NCBI GenBank assembly: GCA_964353645.1 | Contig: CAYGWR010000001.1 | Location: forward strand, 7,091-71,090 | Length of the DNA: 64,000 nt | Reading direction: 5' to 3' | Source of the DNA: an uncultured Dehalococcoidia bacterium | Lineage (GTDB): Bacteria > Chloroflexota > Dehalococcoidia > SZUA-161 | Shown here: in pieces, positions 39,316 to 50,292 of the stretch | Position numbering within the stretch: the first letter of the stretch is position 1 | Layout of the letters: the number at the start of each line of letters is the position of its first letter | Made by a program: the position numbers and the translations under genes | Notes under the pieces: model-generated | Seen by the model: the letters and a program-made list of their open reading frames with translations, nothing else | What the model was told of the DNA's origin: nothing | Database searches by the model: none

Positions 39316-41580
39316 CTATGTCGTTTTGGCCAATCTCTGCTCTGCAGCAGCGATGATCCCCCTGGTTTTTTCTAGCACATCCGGGTTCACCGAAACCGAG
39401 GTGATCCCCCATTCCACAAGCTTTTCTGTGAGCTCAGGGTAAACCGAAGGTGCTTGTCCGCAGATAGAGCTGGTGACTCCTCTTCTAGCTGTTGCTTTAA
39501 TTACCTTCTCAAGAGCCATAAGCACTGCTTCATCTCGTTCATCGAATTGCTCGGCTAGCTTCCGGCTATCTCGATCGATACCCAGGATAAGCTGCGTTAA
39601 GTCATTGGAACCGATGGAGATGCCATCGATTCCTACATCGAGGAACTTATCAATGAGAAAGACATTTGACGGTACCTCGACCATCATCCAGATCTTGAAA
39701 TCTCGTGACTGGCGCAACCCCTCATCGCTCAGCAAGTTCTTGACTCTAGCCATTTCGGCTGCAGTGCGCACGAAGGGAATCATCACCCACAGATTCTTAT
39801 ACTTTTCCCTTACTCTCTTGATTGCCTCTATCTCGAGTTTGAAGATATCGCGTTCTCTGACATAGCGTGAGCATCCCCTGTAGCCCAGCATGGGGTTCTC
39901 CTCGGGCTCCTCGTACTTTTGCCCTCCTTTGAGATTTCGGTATTCGTTGGTCTTGAAATCTGTAGTGCGATAGACGACAGGCCTGGGGTTGAATGCTTTA
40001 GCAAATGTGGTCAAACCTTGGGTGAGCTTGGCTGCGAACTCTTCGCCTCTTCCTTCCTCGATCATGTGCCTGGGGTGTTCCCCGATCTCGGCTATCATAA
40101 ACTCAGCCCTGAGAAGCCCTACACCATCGACGTCGCGGGCAGCTACATTATCAGCCAACTCCGGTTCTGCCAGGTTGACATAAACTCTTGTGCGGGTCTT
40201 GACCTTCAACTTAGAAGCTGGTACAGCGGTTTCTGTTACCTTGGCTGCGACCTTGCCTTCGTAGACTTTTCCCCGCGAGCCATCTACAGTCACTATTTGC
40301 TCAGACTTCAGCTTCTGCGTAGCATCTCCGGTACCCACAACGCAGGGTATACCAAGCTCTCTGCTGACGATGGCAGCGTGGCAGGTTCTACCACCTCGGT
40401 CTGTAACAATACCTGCTGCCCGTTTCATCGCAGGCACGAAATCAGGGGTGGTCATTTCTGCTACCAGGATGTCCCCCTTTTTCACTTCATTTATGTTGGC
40501 GGCATCCAGAACAATCCTCACAGGACCACAGCCGAGCCCGGGTCCTGCCGGAGAACCGTTTAGGATAATCAGGGCTTCTGATAACTCGTCAACCTGTTCC
40601 GCTTCGAGCATTTTTAGCGTGGTAATAGGACGGGTCTGGACAATGTATAGCTTACTGTCATCTCTGGCCCACTCGATATCCTGGGGGAATTGATAGAGCT
40701 TCTCTATCTTTGCACCGAGCTTGGCCAAAGCGATGATCTCTCTATCGCTAAGTTTCTGTTTACCTTGGAGCGCCTCTGAAATGGGGAGCTTGACGTTGGT
40801 ATCCTCGATGTCCTTGGTTCCCTTAGGTCTTTTTGTCAGTTGCCATTCTTGCCTGGCTATCATCTTGTGTATGATGGTGAAGCTTTTCTTGTCCACCAGA
40901 TAAAGGTCAGGGGTCACTCCACCGGAAACGACAGCCTCGCCCAGACCATAAACAGCTTCGATAGTGATCTTCTCTTCATTGGTCACTGGCTCTCTGGTGA
41001 ACATGACGCCGGACCTCTTTGATTGCACCATCCTCTGTACCACCACAGCAATACCTACTTTGAGATGGTCGAGTCCAAGCTGCTCCCTGTACCAGATAGC
41101 TCTGGGCTCAAACAGGGAAGCCCAGCATCCCTGGACAGCGGTGACAACTTCTCCTTCCCCTTGAATATTGAGGAAAGTGCGTTGCTGTCCGGCAAATGAG
41201 GCTTCGGGGAGGTCTTCAGCGGTAGCTGAGGAACGTACTGCGACCAAGCCCCCCAGATTTTCGTATGCCTCTTTTATCTCATTTGCAATCTGTCGGGGCA
41301 TCTTGGCATTGGTAATTAATTCTTTAATTCGTGTCGCAGACTTCTCAAGTTGTTTACCGTCATCCGGGTCCAATTTCTTCAAAATCTCCCTGATCTTCGT
41401 GCGGAGTCTCGATTCGTCCAGGAAGTGAAAATAGCTCTGGGTGGTAACTATGAACCCAGGGGGCACCGGGATCTCTAATTTGGTAAGCTCTCCCAGATTT
41501 GCTCCTTTTCCCCCGACTAGTGGTAAGTCTTCCTTGTCAACTTCTATGAACCAGACAACGTCCGTGCGTTTCTTTTTCAT
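39316..41580 (-). CDS. ppsA: phosphoenolpyruvate synthase (pyruvate, water dikinase)
   Basis: It has an N-terminal PPDK_N ATP-grasp domain (LVGGKGANLGEL), the phospho-His region (GGRTCHAAIVSRELGIPCVVG) and a PEP-utilising C-terminal TIM barrel. Confidence 0.85.
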   Translation of the reverse strand: MKKKRTDVVWFIEVDKEDLPLVGGKGANLGELTKLEIPVPPGFIVTTQSYFHFLDESRLRTKIREILKKLDPDDGKQLEKSATRIKELITNAKMPRQIANEIKEAYENLGGLVAVRSSATAEDLPEASFAGQQRTFLNIQGEGEVVTAVQGCWASLFEPRAIWYREQLGLDHLKVGIAVVVQRMVQSKRSGVMFTREPVTNEEKITIEAVYGLGEAVVSGGVTPDLYLVDKKSFTIIHKMIARQEWQLTKRPKGTKDIEDTNVKLPISEALQGKQKLSDREIIALAKLGAKIEKLYQFPQDIEWARDDSKLYIVQTRPITTLKMLEAEQVDELSEALIILNGSPAGPGLGCGPVRIVLDAANINEVKKGDILVAEMTTPDFVPAMKRAAGIVTDRGGRTCHAAIVSRELGIPCVVGTGDATQKLKSEQIVTVDGSRGKVYEGKVAAKVTETAVPASKLKVKTRTRVYVNLAEPELADNVAARDVDGVGLLRAEFMIAEIGEHPRHMIEEGRGEEFAAKLTQGLTTFAKAFNPRPVVYRTTDFKTNEYRNLKGGQKYEEPEENPMLGYRGCSRYVRERDIFKLEIEAIKRVREKYKNLWVMIPFVRTAAEMARVKNLLSDEGLRQSRDFKIWMMVEVPSNVFLIDKFLDVGIDGISIGSNDLTQLILGIDRDSRKLAEQFDERDEAVLMALEKVIKATARRGVTSSICGQAPSVYPELTEKLVEWGITSVSVNPDVLEKTRGIIAAAEQRLAKTT

Positions 41581-41931
41581 AATAAGCGCTACTCCAACTC
41601 TTTATTGATAGTGAAGCCTTGCCCCGATGCCTTAGAAGCCTAGCTATTATACCATGCTAGCTGAACAATAAGTCAAGAAAACTTTTTAACGGCTTAGCGC
41701 CGCTTCGGCACCTGACTCCAGTCGCCCCAGACAATCTTCTCTGTGTCTTTGACCAGCCCTTTCTCTTTAGCAAGGTCTCGGATTTTTAGCAGGGTCGCAT
41801 TAACCTCGGGGGTGAGAAACACCCAACCTGAACTTGTGGGTATCCAATACGGCGAACTGATGCGCATTACCTGGCACTTCTTTGTGTTGAGGTAGATCCC
41901 GAATTTCTCTTGTTGCATGATATCCTCCTCG

Positions 41932-42783
41932 TTAATGTTTTTTCTTGTCGCTTCTTTTTATCTTGAGTACTACTTCATCAATGACCTCATCCGGGGTAGA
42001 GGCTCCCGCCGTAACGCCAATGAGGCGTTGTCCCCGAACCCAAGAAGAGTTAAGCTCTGCTGCGGTCTCGATGAGATGGGTGATGACACCGGCCTCTGCG
42101 CAGATCTCAGCTAGGCGCTTGGTATTGGCGCTATCCTTGCCACCGATTACTATCATCAGGTCTGCCCTTTGGGCTAACTCAAGAGCTGCCGCCTGGTGTT
42201 TACGTGTGGCGTCGCATATTGTATTGAAGATGCGTAGCTCGGAGAATTTAGCAGTATCAGAGGCAATAATCCTGGCAACGAAGTTAGCGAAGCGCTCCTG
42301 ATTCTGGGTGGTCTGACAAAGGATGCCCAGACGTTTAGGCTGGGCAGTGAACTGAGGAATCTCCAGAGAGGCACTTGCATTCTTCCCGGCCCAACCAAGG
42401 ACAGCTTGAACCTCGGGGTGAGAGGCGTCGCCGAAAACCTGCACTGAAAAACCTTCTTTACCTAGCCTCTGAGCAACAACCTGAGCCTTGCGCACAAATG
42501 GACAGGTAGCATCGATGACCTCGAGTCTCCGAGCCTTTATTAGCTTCGTGACCTCTGGCCCTACACCATGAGAGGCGATGGCGACGATGTCACCTCGTAT
42601 TTCATCTAAACTCGATGCGATGCCCACTCCACACTCTGCGAGCTTGTCCACAACCTGCCGGTTGTGGACAAGGGCACCTAGTGTCTGGAGTGGGCCACGT
42701 TCTTGTGCTGCCTTCTCCACAAGCTCGATAGCTCGCCTCACGCCGAAGCAGAATCCCATCTCAGCAGCCTTTTCAATTTTCAT
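41932..42783 (-). CDS. ispH: 4-hydroxy-3-methylbut-2-enyl diphosphate reductase
   Basis: MKIEKAAEMGFCFGVRRAIE is the canonical LytB N-terminus, and the conserved Cys and His residues are present. The start was taken at this Met rather than the longer ORF start at 42825. Confidence 0.85.
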   Translation of the reverse strand: MKIEKAAEMGFCFGVRRAIELVEKAAQERGPLQTLGALVHNRQVVDKLAECGVGIASSLDEIRGDIVAIASHGVGPEVTKLIKARRLEVIDATCPFVRKAQVVAQRLGKEGFSVQVFGDASHPEVQAVLGWAGKNASASLEIPQFTAQPKRLGILCQTTQNQERFANFVARIIASDTAKFSELRIFNTICDATRKHQAAALELAQRADLMIVIGGKDSANTKRLAEICAEAGVITHLIETAAELNSSWVRGQRLIGVTAGASTPDEVIDEVVLKIKRSDKKKH

Positions 42784-43405
42784 TGCTGCTCCTTGGGTTG
42801 TTCTGGAAACTGTGGCTGCCTCCATAACTCTGAGGCAGAAGCTCAGCGATGCGCTCCATAATCAAGTCGGAGTATCGAGTTAATCTAGAACGATTCGGTT
42901 TGTTGTTCTCGCCCGATGGAAGGGTAAAGGGACGGCCGATTCTCACAGTAATACGTGGCCGACGCACAATAAAGCCGATTCCTTTGACCTGTTCGCTGCC
43001 GCTGATGCCGACGGGAATTATGGGAACCCCAGAGCGCGCGGCGATGAACGCAGTGCCGGGTTGCATTTCCTGCAACTGGTAGGGGAAGCTCCTCTTCCCT
43101 TCAGGGAACATGCCAAGTACCTCCCCTTTATTGAGTACTTCGAGCGCATGACGCACTGCCTCTCTATCCAACCTATCTCGCCTTACAGGGAAAGCGCCGT
43201 AGGCGCGCACCACAAAGGCCATTAGCGATGGGCGGAATAGCTCCTGTTTTGCCATAAAGGTTATCCTGCGGGGAACGCTAGCACTAAGTAATGGCGGGTC
43301 TACATAAGTCATGTGGTTGGCCACCACTATCAGGGGCCCCTTTCTGGGAACATTTTCTTTCCCTTCCACCCGCCATCTGGTGAGGGCGATGAGCAAGATT
43401 TTCAT
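42773..43405 (-). CDS. plsC: 1-acyl-sn-glycerol-3-phosphate acyltransferase
   Basis: HX4D acyltransferase motif (VANHMTYVDPP), and FPEG and PIIPV motifs. Confidence 0.8.
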   Translation of the reverse strand: MKILLIALTRWRVEGKENVPRKGPLIVVANHMTYVDPPLLSASVPRRITFMAKQELFRPSLMAFVVRAYGAFPVRRDRLDREAVRHALEVLNKGEVLGMFPEGKRSFPYQLQEMQPGTAFIAARSGVPIIPVGISGSEQVKGIGFIVRRPRITVRIGRPFTLPSGENNKPNRSRLTRYSDLIMERIAELLPQSYGGSHSFQNNPRSSNEN

Positions 43406-43488
43406 GGCGGTATTGGCAGCGCAATAAAACAATCTCATCCTAAACCTAGATTATAAATTATATCCCACCGTGAGCGGTAGCGCAAACC

Positions 43489-46413
43489 TCAGCTCTGCCT
43501 TTTCAACCAAAAAACAGCAGCAAAGAGGGTTAATCCTATTAAGAATAGGAAGGCTGGAATCCTTGTATGTATCCAGGGTTGTGCTTGGCTGGCTGATGGG
43601 GAGGTTGTTAGGTTCGGCATAGGCGTGAGCTTGGGTGTGAAGTCGGGAGTAGGAGTGATGGCGGTGGGGGTTGGTGTGGACAAGAATGGGGATCTTGTTG
43701 TGGGTGTAGGCGTGGGCGATGGTGGGGGACCTGACGTCGGTGTAGCAGATGGCAGGCCGTAGCCTGGGGTGGGAGTCGCATTGTCCACAAAATCGCCGGC
43801 TTGGTTGGTATCCAGTCCAGCGGGTCGTCGCTCCAGTGAGTGGCCTTCGGGCACATACCTGCAAGGTGGTGACATTATGGTATTGTCGTCGCCGTAGGAG
43901 AGTGCGTCGATGATCTTACCTGTAGGGTCTAGAAGGGTGAGTCGATCCCCGGTGTTGCTTAATCCGTTGCCTATACTGCCATCATTTAGAAAGACTATGT
44001 TGCCGCTGAAGCTGGGAAAGTTGGTGTAGAAGTCAGCTCTGGCGGCGACCACGGCGAAACCACCCGGAGGCAGAGTCAGGGAGGGGATAGGGTCAGTCTC
44101 ATAGTTGTCGCCGATTCTCCAATCGGTCAGGTCAACTGTCCGGCTAGTGCGGTTGAAAAGTTCCACCCACTCAAACGCAGACTCTACACCTGTCTGAGGG
44201 GGGTCATATTGAACCTCGTTGATTACGATGTCGCCTTCATTTGCCGGAGTTGGGTTGGGTGTCAGGGTAGGTACTGGCGAAGGAGCAGGCGATGGGGTTG
44301 GTGTGGGCATGGGGGTGAATGTAGGCGAGGGCGTTATGGTAGGTGTAGGTGTGGGGGTAGGGGTTGGAATAGGCGTTGATGTGGAAGGGGGTGTAGGTGT
44401 GGGTGTAGGTGTGGGTGTAGGTGTGGGTGATGGTGTGGGTGATGGTGTGGGTGATGGTGTGGGTGATGGTGTTGGCATCTCTGTAGTAGATGGCAAGCCG
44501 TAACCCGGGGAAGGAGTCGCATTATCCACAAAATCGCTGGCCTGGTTTGTATCCAGCCCAGCGGGTTGACGCTCCAATGAGTGACCTTCAGGCACATCTT
44601 GGCAAGGCGGCAACATTATGGTGTTATCTTCGCTGTAGGAGAGTGAGTCGATAATCTTCCCCGCTGGGTCTACAAGGTTGAGTCGATCCCCGGTGTTGCT
44701 TAATCCGTTACCTATGCTGCCATCGGCCATAAAAACTATATTGCCGCTGAAGTCGGGGAAGTTGGTGTAAAAGTCAGTTCTGGCGGCGACCACAACAAAG
44801 CCACCTGGAGTCAGAGTCAGGGTGGGGAGAGGATCGGTCTCATGGTTATCGCTGATTCTCCAACCAGTCAAATCGATTGTCTGCCCTGTGCGGTTTAGAA
44901 GCTCGACCCACTCGAAAGCTGTGTCTGTACCTTCTTGTGGGGGGTCATATTGGATCTCGTTAATTACGATGTCACCTTCGTTTGTCGGGGTAGGGATGGG
45001 CGTAGCGGTTGGTGCCTGGGTGGGAATTGGTGTGGATGTAGGTGTTGGCGTTGGCATAAGAGTCGGCGAGGGCATTGGGGTGGGGGTGGGTGGCGGTGAC
45101 GGGCTAGGCGTGCGCGTGGGAGTTGGCCTTGGTGTAGGCCTGGGCGTGTGCGTAGGCGTTAGGGTCGGCGTTATGGTTGGCGTTGGGGTAGGGGTAGGTT
45201 CTAAAGTGGGTGTAGGAGTTGGGGCAACCGTAGGAGTGGGAGAAGGTGTGGAGGTTGGGCCGGTAAAGCTGAAGTCATCAAAATAGACGGTGGCAGGAGT
45301 TGCAGAATGAGGAACCACCATAGCCTTAACCCTGGCCGAGTGTGCGTTTGGCGGTGCAGTTACCTCGCTAGTGGTCAGGGGGCTGTACTGGCACTGGTCA
45401 TACGTCAAGGCAGCCAGTGAATCATTGTGAGATAATTCCGGTCCGAAGCCATCGTCGCTATCGTACCAGGAAATTCGCAGAAAGACGCTGTCAATATTAG
45501 GGTCGTTTTTCAGTGCATAACCACAAAGTGTATAGGTTTCTCCTCCTTGTATCGGAACGGTTTGATACACCCAGATTGTGCTTACAGTACTGGAGTTCAG
45601 GGCCGCAGCGTAAGCCCCGCTCTGGACAGGAGATTCAACTACGGAAAGAAAGCCTCCATAGGTTAACCAGTTGGCAGTGCCATCCTCGAAGCCCGGGTTT
45701 GTGAGGAGCAAGTTTGGGGCGCAGGTAGGGTTAGAAATAGGTATTGTTTCGATAAAGCTCATGTCGTCGAAGTAGGCAGTGACAAATTGCCCAGGGTTAG
45801 CGAGTCTCACTATGCCCTTCACTTTTGCTGAATGGGCGTTGGCTGGGGTAGTGTGGGTGCCCGTAGTAAGAAAGCGGTAATCAATAGGATTATCAGCAAA
45901 ACTGTCGGACTCATTGCGTTTGATCTCGCTGCCGGTCCCGTCCTCACTTTCATACCATGAGATCCGCAAGGAGATATTGCCTTCGTAGATGCTGTTCTTA
46001 AATGCCCATCCGCTAAAAGTACAACAGGATCCGGGTGACACATGAACTGTCTGAGAGATGTAGGCCTCCGCTTCGCTCGCAATAAGGACAGCAGCTCGAC
46101 TTCCACCATGAACGGGATTATCTATGTAAGTCAGAATGCCACCGTACCATTGCCAACCATTTGTACCATCCTCAAAGCCTGGGTTCTGCAAAAGGTTAGG
46201 CGCGTCTGCGGCGTGGAGGGAATTCGTGGAAATGCTCAAAATTATGATAAGGATGATGAAGATTATTATTTGGGAATTTTTCAATTCAAAGGAGCACTTT
46301 CTTGGAAGATGCTCATATATTAGAGGTTTGGGGAAATTAGTCAAGTCTTCAAAGCAACGACAGCCTGCAAGGGCAGGTTGGGAACCCGACCTACCCATTT
46401 TATCGCCGTCCAT
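43489..46413 (-). CDS. large cell-surface protein: signal anchor, 2x CBM_4_9-like domains, 2x lamin-tail domains (LTD) separated by Pro/Thr-rich linkers, C-terminal TM anchor
   Basis: Two domains begin N(L/P)[10 protein letters not shown] (aa ~70-225 and ~230-385). Two LTD copies begin GDIVINE(I/V)QYDPPQ...FEWVEL.NRT (aa ~479-640 and ~727-890). Linkers are rich in PTPTPT. The C-terminus is [22 protein letters not shown]. The start codon is uncertain. Confidence 0.8.
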   Translation of the reverse strand: MDGDKMGRSGSQPALAGCRCFEDLTNFPKPLIYEHLPRKCSFELKNSQIIIFIILIIILSISTNSLHAADAPNLLQNPGFEDGTNGWQWYGGILTYIDNPVHGGSRAAVLIASEAEAYISQTVHVSPGSCCTFSGWAFKNSIYEGNISLRISWYESEDGTGSEIKRNESDSFADNPIDYRFLTTGTHTTPANAHSAKVKGIVRLANPGQFVTAYFDDMSFIETIPISNPTCAPNLLLTNPGFEDGTANWLTYGGFLSVVESPVQSGAYAAALNSSTVSTIWVYQTVPIQGGETYTLCGYALKNDPNIDSVFLRISWYDSDDGFGPELSHNDSLAALTYDQCQYSPLTTSEVTAPPNAHSARVKAMVVPHSATPATVYFDDFSFTGPTSTPSPTPTVAPTPTPTLEPTPTPTPTITPTLTPTHTPRPTPRPTPTRTPSPSPPPTPTPMPSPTLMPTPTPTSTPIPTQAPTATPIPTPTNEGDIVINEIQYDPPQEGTDTAFEWVELLNRTGQTIDLTGWRISDNHETDPLPTLTLTPGGFVVVAARTDFYTNFPDFSGNIVFMADGSIGNGLSNTGDRLNLVDPAGKIIDSLSYSEDNTIMLPPCQDVPEGHSLERQPAGLDTNQASDFVDNATPSPGYGLPSTTEMPTPSPTPSPTPSPTPSPTPTPTPTPTPTPPSTSTPIPTPTPTPTPTITPSPTFTPMPTPTPSPAPSPVPTLTPNPTPANEGDIVINEVQYDPPQTGVESAFEWVELFNRTSRTVDLTDWRIGDNYETDPIPSLTLPPGGFAVVAARADFYTNFPSFSGNIVFLNDGSIGNGLSNTGDRLTLLDPTGKIIDALSYGDDNTIMSPPCRYVPEGHSLERRPAGLDTNQAGDFVDNATPTPGYGLPSATPTSGPPPSPTPTPTTRSPFLSTPTPTAITPTPDFTPKLTPMPNLTTSPSASQAQPWIHTRIPAFLFLIGLTLFAAVFWLKRQS
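43720..44980. repeat. intragenic tandem duplication (~740-bp unit, ~85% aa identity) encoding LTD + PT-linker modules; PT-linker microsatellite-like (ACC/CCA)n tracts
   Basis: The two LTD copies are near-identical over ~160 aa. The low-complexity linker DNA also produces spurious antisense ORFs encoding GVGVG and HPHHHP. Confidence 0.7.
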
Positions 46414-46587
46414 GGTTCGACAGGCTCACCACGAACGGCATAAGTCTATTTTCAAAGCAATGCTTGCAGTCTTACGTGCTGAAAGGACTGTGCGTATTGT
46501 TGAACATAGTGACAATGGTGCTATAATAGAGCCAACGAAAGAGCGGGGAGGTCAATTCTGGAATCTGCGGAGATAGCCAAGAAGGCT

Positions 46588-46902
46588 ATGGAGGCTGCCC
46601 TCGATAAACAGGCTGTTGATATCCTGATGCTGGATATCAGACAGGTGACTTCTTTTGCTGACTACTTCGTTATCTGCAGTGCTGACAGCGACCGCCAGAT
46701 CAACGCCATCTGCGATGAAATCGATGGGGCATTGAGTAAGGAAGGTATCAATATCTATCGCCGCGAAGGTAACGCAGATTCAGGCTGGGTGCTCCTCGAT
46801 TTCGGCCCGGTTATAGTGCATGTCTTCGCCCAACCCCAGCGAGAATATTATGATCTGGAGCAGTTGTGGGGCAAGGCCACCCCTGTAATCAGGATTCTCT
46901 GA
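46588..46902 (+). CDS. rsfS: ribosomal silencing factor RsfS (Iojap)
   Basis: The core [21 protein letters not shown]...[15 protein letters not shown] is typical of RsfS. Confidence 0.85.
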   Translation: MEAALDKQAVDILMLDIRQVTSFADYFVICSADSDRQINAICDEIDGALSKEGINIYRREGNADSGWVLLDFGPVIVHVFAQPQREYYDLEQLWGKATPVIRIL

Positions 46903-47341
46903 TCCACGGCTCTACCTGTCGCTCATAGCTTACTATTTCCTCAGGCGAAAAGAACAGGCTAATCTCCTTTTGTGCGTTCTCCAGCGAGTCCGAGCCGTGC
47001 ACCACGTTGCGCCCTATATCCAGTGCTAAATCGCCTCTGATTGTGCCTGGTGCTGCCTTGACGGGGTCTGTTGCTCCCATCGTCTTGCGTACAACTTCAA
47101 CTGCACTCTTGCCCTCGAAAACGGCTGCGATGAGAGGACTTGAGGTGATAAAGCACACTAATCCGTCGAAGAAGGGCTTGCCTTGATGGATTGCATAATG
47201 TTTTCCTGCCATCTTCCTGTCTATCTGGAGCATCTTCAGGGCCACGAGCTTGAGCCCGGTCCTCTCAAGGCGTGAGATTATCTCGCCTATCAACCCCCGC
47301 TGCACACCATCAGGCTTGACTAAAACAAGAGTTCTTTCCAT
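46889..47341 (-). CDS. ndk: nucleoside diphosphate kinase
   Basis: [24 protein letters not shown] and the active-site NVVHGSDS are present. Confidence 0.95.
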   Translation of the reverse strand: MERTLVLVKPDGVQRGLIGEIISRLERTGLKLVALKMLQIDRKMAGKHYAIHQGKPFFDGLVCFITSSPLIAAVFEGKSAVEVVRKTMGATDPVKAAPGTIRGDLALDIGRNVVHGSDSLENAQKEISLFFSPEEIVSYERQVEPWIRES

Positions 47342-47414
47342 TTTTCCATCCTTTACAAGTTAAAGTAATGTCTTTTTAAGCTAAGCTAAGAGCCACTGAG
47401 ACCCTTCGCTCTGC

Positions 47415-47945
47415 TCAGGGTGACAAAGCCCCAATCCAAGCCAGCACTTGATTGACCACCTCATTGCGATTAAGCCTGGTTACCTTTATTATCTCGACAT
47501 CCTGGCGTGCTTTTATTTTATCAGCCCAGGGATGAGAGGCAAGCATGATTGTGCCCAGCACCTTCTTTTCGCTCTGCAGCGCCTCTATCACAGCATTCTT
47601 GAAGGATGGCGAGAACAGCTCCATCTTACCGATCTCGTCGATTACTATAATATCCTTGCTTTGTATCGCCTGCTTTAAAGCCGGCACTGCCACTTTGTCT
47701 ATGCTGTCTGTATCTACACCATACTTGCTGACGCGATGCGGGCTGCGTACACTGGTGTGGGCAAGTACGGCACTTTTGCCATCGAGGGTGACGATCTTGA
47801 ATCCTTCCCGCACACCCTGGCTGCGTATCTCCTCGGTGTAAAAGCCCCCGGCGCTTTTATTCACTTTGCTCAGCACTTCCTTAATAATAGTGGTCTTGCC
47901 ACTGCCGGGCTCGCCGCTGAGAAGACAGGCCTTTTTCATAACCAA
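47415..47945 (-). CDS. P-loop NTPase (THEP1/NTPase_1-like)
   Basis: Walker A GEPGSGKTT, Walker B IIVIDEIG, 176 aa. Confidence 0.65.
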   Translation of the reverse strand: MVMKKACLLSGEPGSGKTTIIKEVLSKVNKSAGGFYTEEIRSQGVREGFKIVTLDGKSAVLAHTSVRSPHRVSKYGVDTDSIDKVAVPALKQAIQSKDIIVIDEIGKMELFSPSFKNAVIEALQSEKKVLGTIMLASHPWADKIKARQDVEIIKVTRLNRNEVVNQVLAWIGALSP

Positions 47946-48041
47946 TCAACTTTACATAAAGTACAGGCTCTACGTTCACAGAGATGGTTACCTTTATAGA
48001 AAACGAAGTAACTCACAGTCCGGGTAGCAGATTTCTATTCG

Positions 48042-48731
48042 TTAATGTTTCACCTTGTGGCTAACGGTAATTGCTGGCCTTCTCAGGTATAGCGGCTCCA
48101 AAGTAGGGGAGTGGTCGAAGTCGCCGACCTTGAGCCTTCTCCAGCCCAGCTCAGCGAGGTAGCCAGCCCGACGCAACCCTGCTGCGCCGTCGACAATCAA
48201 GGCTTTTCGCTTCAGCCTTTCTCTGAGTTGCAACGCAATTTCTTGGGGAATTCTGCCGCAGAAGATGGTTCGGTGCTTTAGCTCAGGTAGCAGGGCTTCC
48301 ACCGTTGTTATATGCTCCTCGACCAGGCGGCACCACTTTCCTCTTTTAGTCTGGAAAAGGGCGGTGGCGATCTCGCCGCGTCCGGCATTCTGTATTGGAC
48401 AGATAGGTAAGGTGGTAGCGGTGTAGGGGAAAGCTTCTACCTCAAGGGTACTGATCCCCACCAGCGGGATGTTTAGAGCTAAGGCAAGACCTTTAGCTGT
48501 GCTCATCCCCACTCTCAACCCGTTGAAGCTGCCGGGCCCTTTTGCTACGATAACGCCATTTATATCTTTAAGGTTCAGCTTGGCTTGTTCCAGAATGCAG
48601 ATGAGGTTTGGTATCAGATCAGTGGTGTGATTCTGTCCGGCGTGCCAGGTAAGCTCGGCAATTATCTCGCCATGTGACGATAGTGCGATGCTGGCAGTCT
48701 CGGTTGAGGTGTCGATAGCTAGCTCCATCAT
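48042..48731 (-). CDS. tsaB: tRNA t6A37 threonylcarbamoyladenosine biosynthesis protein TsaB
   Basis: It has a YeaZ-like inactive Kae1 paralog fold (MELAIDTSTETASIAL) and sits in an operon with tsaE. Confidence 0.85.
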   Translation of the reverse strand: MMELAIDTSTETASIALSSHGEIIAELTWHAGQNHTTDLIPNLICILEQAKLNLKDINGVIVAKGPGSFNGLRVGMSTAKGLALALNIPLVGISTLEVEAFPYTATTLPICPIQNAGRGEIATALFQTKRGKWCRLVEEHITTVEALLPELKHRTIFCGRIPQEIALQLRERLKRKALIVDGAAGLRRAGYLAELGWRRLKVGDFDHSPTLEPLYLRRPAITVSHKVKH

Positions 48732-49265
48732 TTACTTCCTGGTTCTACGACATGCGCTATTCAATTTAGATAGCATCTCCAAATATCTGGTGCCTTTAGG
48801 TATAAGTTTGAGCTTGCGTTTCATCGGGGAAACAATTTGCATTTCGATGAGCAGGTGCTCCTCGGGAAGCACGCTCAATCCCTTATCTGCCCATTCCACC
48901 ACACATACCCCGTTGCCATAGAGATAGTCATCGAGACCCAATTGTGTCACTTCTTCAATCTTGTCGAGGCGATAAAGGTCTATGTGGTACAAAGGCATCT
49001 TGCCCCGATACTCTCTGACTAGAACGAAGGTGGGGCTTGCAGTATATTCATCTATATCCAGTCCCCAGGCGATACCCTGGGTGAGACATGTTTTACCTGC
49101 ACCGAGCGGGCCTACTAGAAATATGACATCGCCTGAGGCTGCCAGCTTGCCCAGCTTCAACCCTATCTTACGGGTTTGCTCTGCGCTGGTGCTGACTATC
49201 TCCAGCGATTTCACCGTTTCCCTCGCCCGGGTGACTTGAAGTGGTCCCATCCCCCTTCGTCCCAC
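48732..49265 (-). CDS. tsaE: tRNA t6A37 biosynthesis ATPase TsaE
   Basis: Walker A LVGPLGAGKTCLTQGIA and the YHIDLYRL motif. Confidence 0.85.
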   Translation of the reverse strand: MGRRGMGPLQVTRARETVKSLEIVSTSAEQTRKIGLKLGKLAASGDVIFLVGPLGAGKTCLTQGIAWGLDIDEYTASPTFVLVREYRGKMPLYHIDLYRLDKIEEVTQLGLDDYLYGNGVCVVEWADKGLSVLPEEHLLIEMQIVSPMKRKLKLIPKGTRYLEMLSKLNSACRRTRK

Positions 49266-50212
49266 TTGACTGCTTTCCCTTGCTCATCTAGAAGGGTAAC
49301 TTGCCCCGGATCATCACTTACTATCTCGCCGATCACCGTCACCGGGCTTGACATAATCTCTGTGAGCTTAGCGATAACCTCACTTCTGGCTGTGAACAGG
49401 AGCTCGTAATCCTCTCCTCCGGAAAGCGCCAACCTCAGCGATTCCTTCTTGAAGGCAGCCTTTAGCAGTGCGTGTATGGGTAGCTTGTTTGTCCATAATT
49501 TGGCTCCAACGCGGCTTGCCTTGCAGATATGGGTCAGGTCGCTGAGCAAACCGTCGCTGAGGTCTATGGCTGCTCTCACGCCGTGCTGCACCAGGATTTG
49601 CCCCTCGGCTACCCTGGGGCGCGGTCGCAAATGGGCTTCTCTGAAAAAGGCGGTCGTTTTCGAGCTGAGTTTGCGCCCTGATTTCAGCAACTGGAGACCG
49701 GCTGCTGACAGCCCCAGATAACCGGTTACAGCGATTTGATCGCCGGGCACTGCTGCCGAGCGGGTGAGCAGGGCATCTGATGCTTTTCCTATCAAACTGA
49801 CATCTATGATGACTACAGGGGCTCTGCTGATATTCCCGCCGACGATATCTACATCGAACTTCGACGCTATCTCCTTCATGCCGCGGTAAAGCTCGACAAC
49901 ATTATCTACCTCGGTCTCCGGTGGCAAGCCCAGCGAGACCAATGCGAAGCTGGGCGTCCCCCCCATGGCAGCGATGTCGCTTATATTCACCGCAAGCGCT
50001 TTCCAGCCAAGCTCTCTCCATGTCGCAGTGCTCAGGTTGAAATGGATATCCTGTATCAGGATGTCGGTGGTGCCGAGCTGGATGGATTTATCAGTGTGCC
50101 AGGCTGCAGCGTCATCGCCGATGCCTATGACGAGGTCTTGTCTCGAAGCCTTGCCCACAGTCTTAGTGATGAGTTCGATCAGGCCGAATTCACCCAGTTC
50201 CCCAACCTTCAT
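49211..50212 (-). CDS. thiL: thiamine-monophosphate kinase
   Basis: AIR-synthase-related fold. The N-terminus MKVGELGEFGLIELI and GIGDDAA are characteristic of ThiL. Confidence 0.85.
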   Translation of the reverse strand: MKVGELGEFGLIELITKTVGKASRQDLVIGIGDDAAAWHTDKSIQLGTTDILIQDIHFNLSTATWRELGWKALAVNISDIAAMGGTPSFALVSLGLPPETEVDNVVELYRGMKEIASKFDVDIVGGNISRAPVVIIDVSLIGKASDALLTRSAAVPGDQIAVTGYLGLSAAGLQLLKSGRKLSSKTTAFFREAHLRPRPRVAEGQILVQHGVRAAIDLSDGLLSDLTHICKASRVGAKLWTNKLPIHALLKAAFKKESLRLALSGGEDYELLFTARSEVIAKLTEIMSSPVTVIGEIVSDDPGQVTLLDEQGKAVKWDEGGWDHFKSPGRGKR

Positions 50213-50292
50213 GGCTAGTGATTATAGCTACTTTAGGTTAAGTCCACAACCGATGGTCAAATACGGTGAAACCTGATATATTAGCTTGTAAC

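Noticed and set aside
39473-40693. several 100-214-aa ORFs on + strand
   Set aside because: They are antisense to ppsA, whose frame is supported along its full length.
42784-42825. N-terminal extension of ispH to 42825
   Set aside because: The conserved IspH N-terminus starts at MKIEKAAEMGFCFGV. The longer form overlaps plsC.
43451-43864. 137-aa and 82-aa His/Pro-rich ORFs on the minus strand
   Set aside because: They are out-of-frame overlaps with the C-terminal PT-linker region of the surface-protein gene.
44219-45286. ORFs 44219..44503(+), 44334..44597(-) and 44822..45286(+), encoding GVGVGVG and HPHHHPHHH low-complexity peptides
   Set aside because: They lie antisense or out of frame within the Pro/Thr-linker DNA of the surface-protein gene. 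They are low-complexity artifacts of (ACC)n-like tracts with no RBS.
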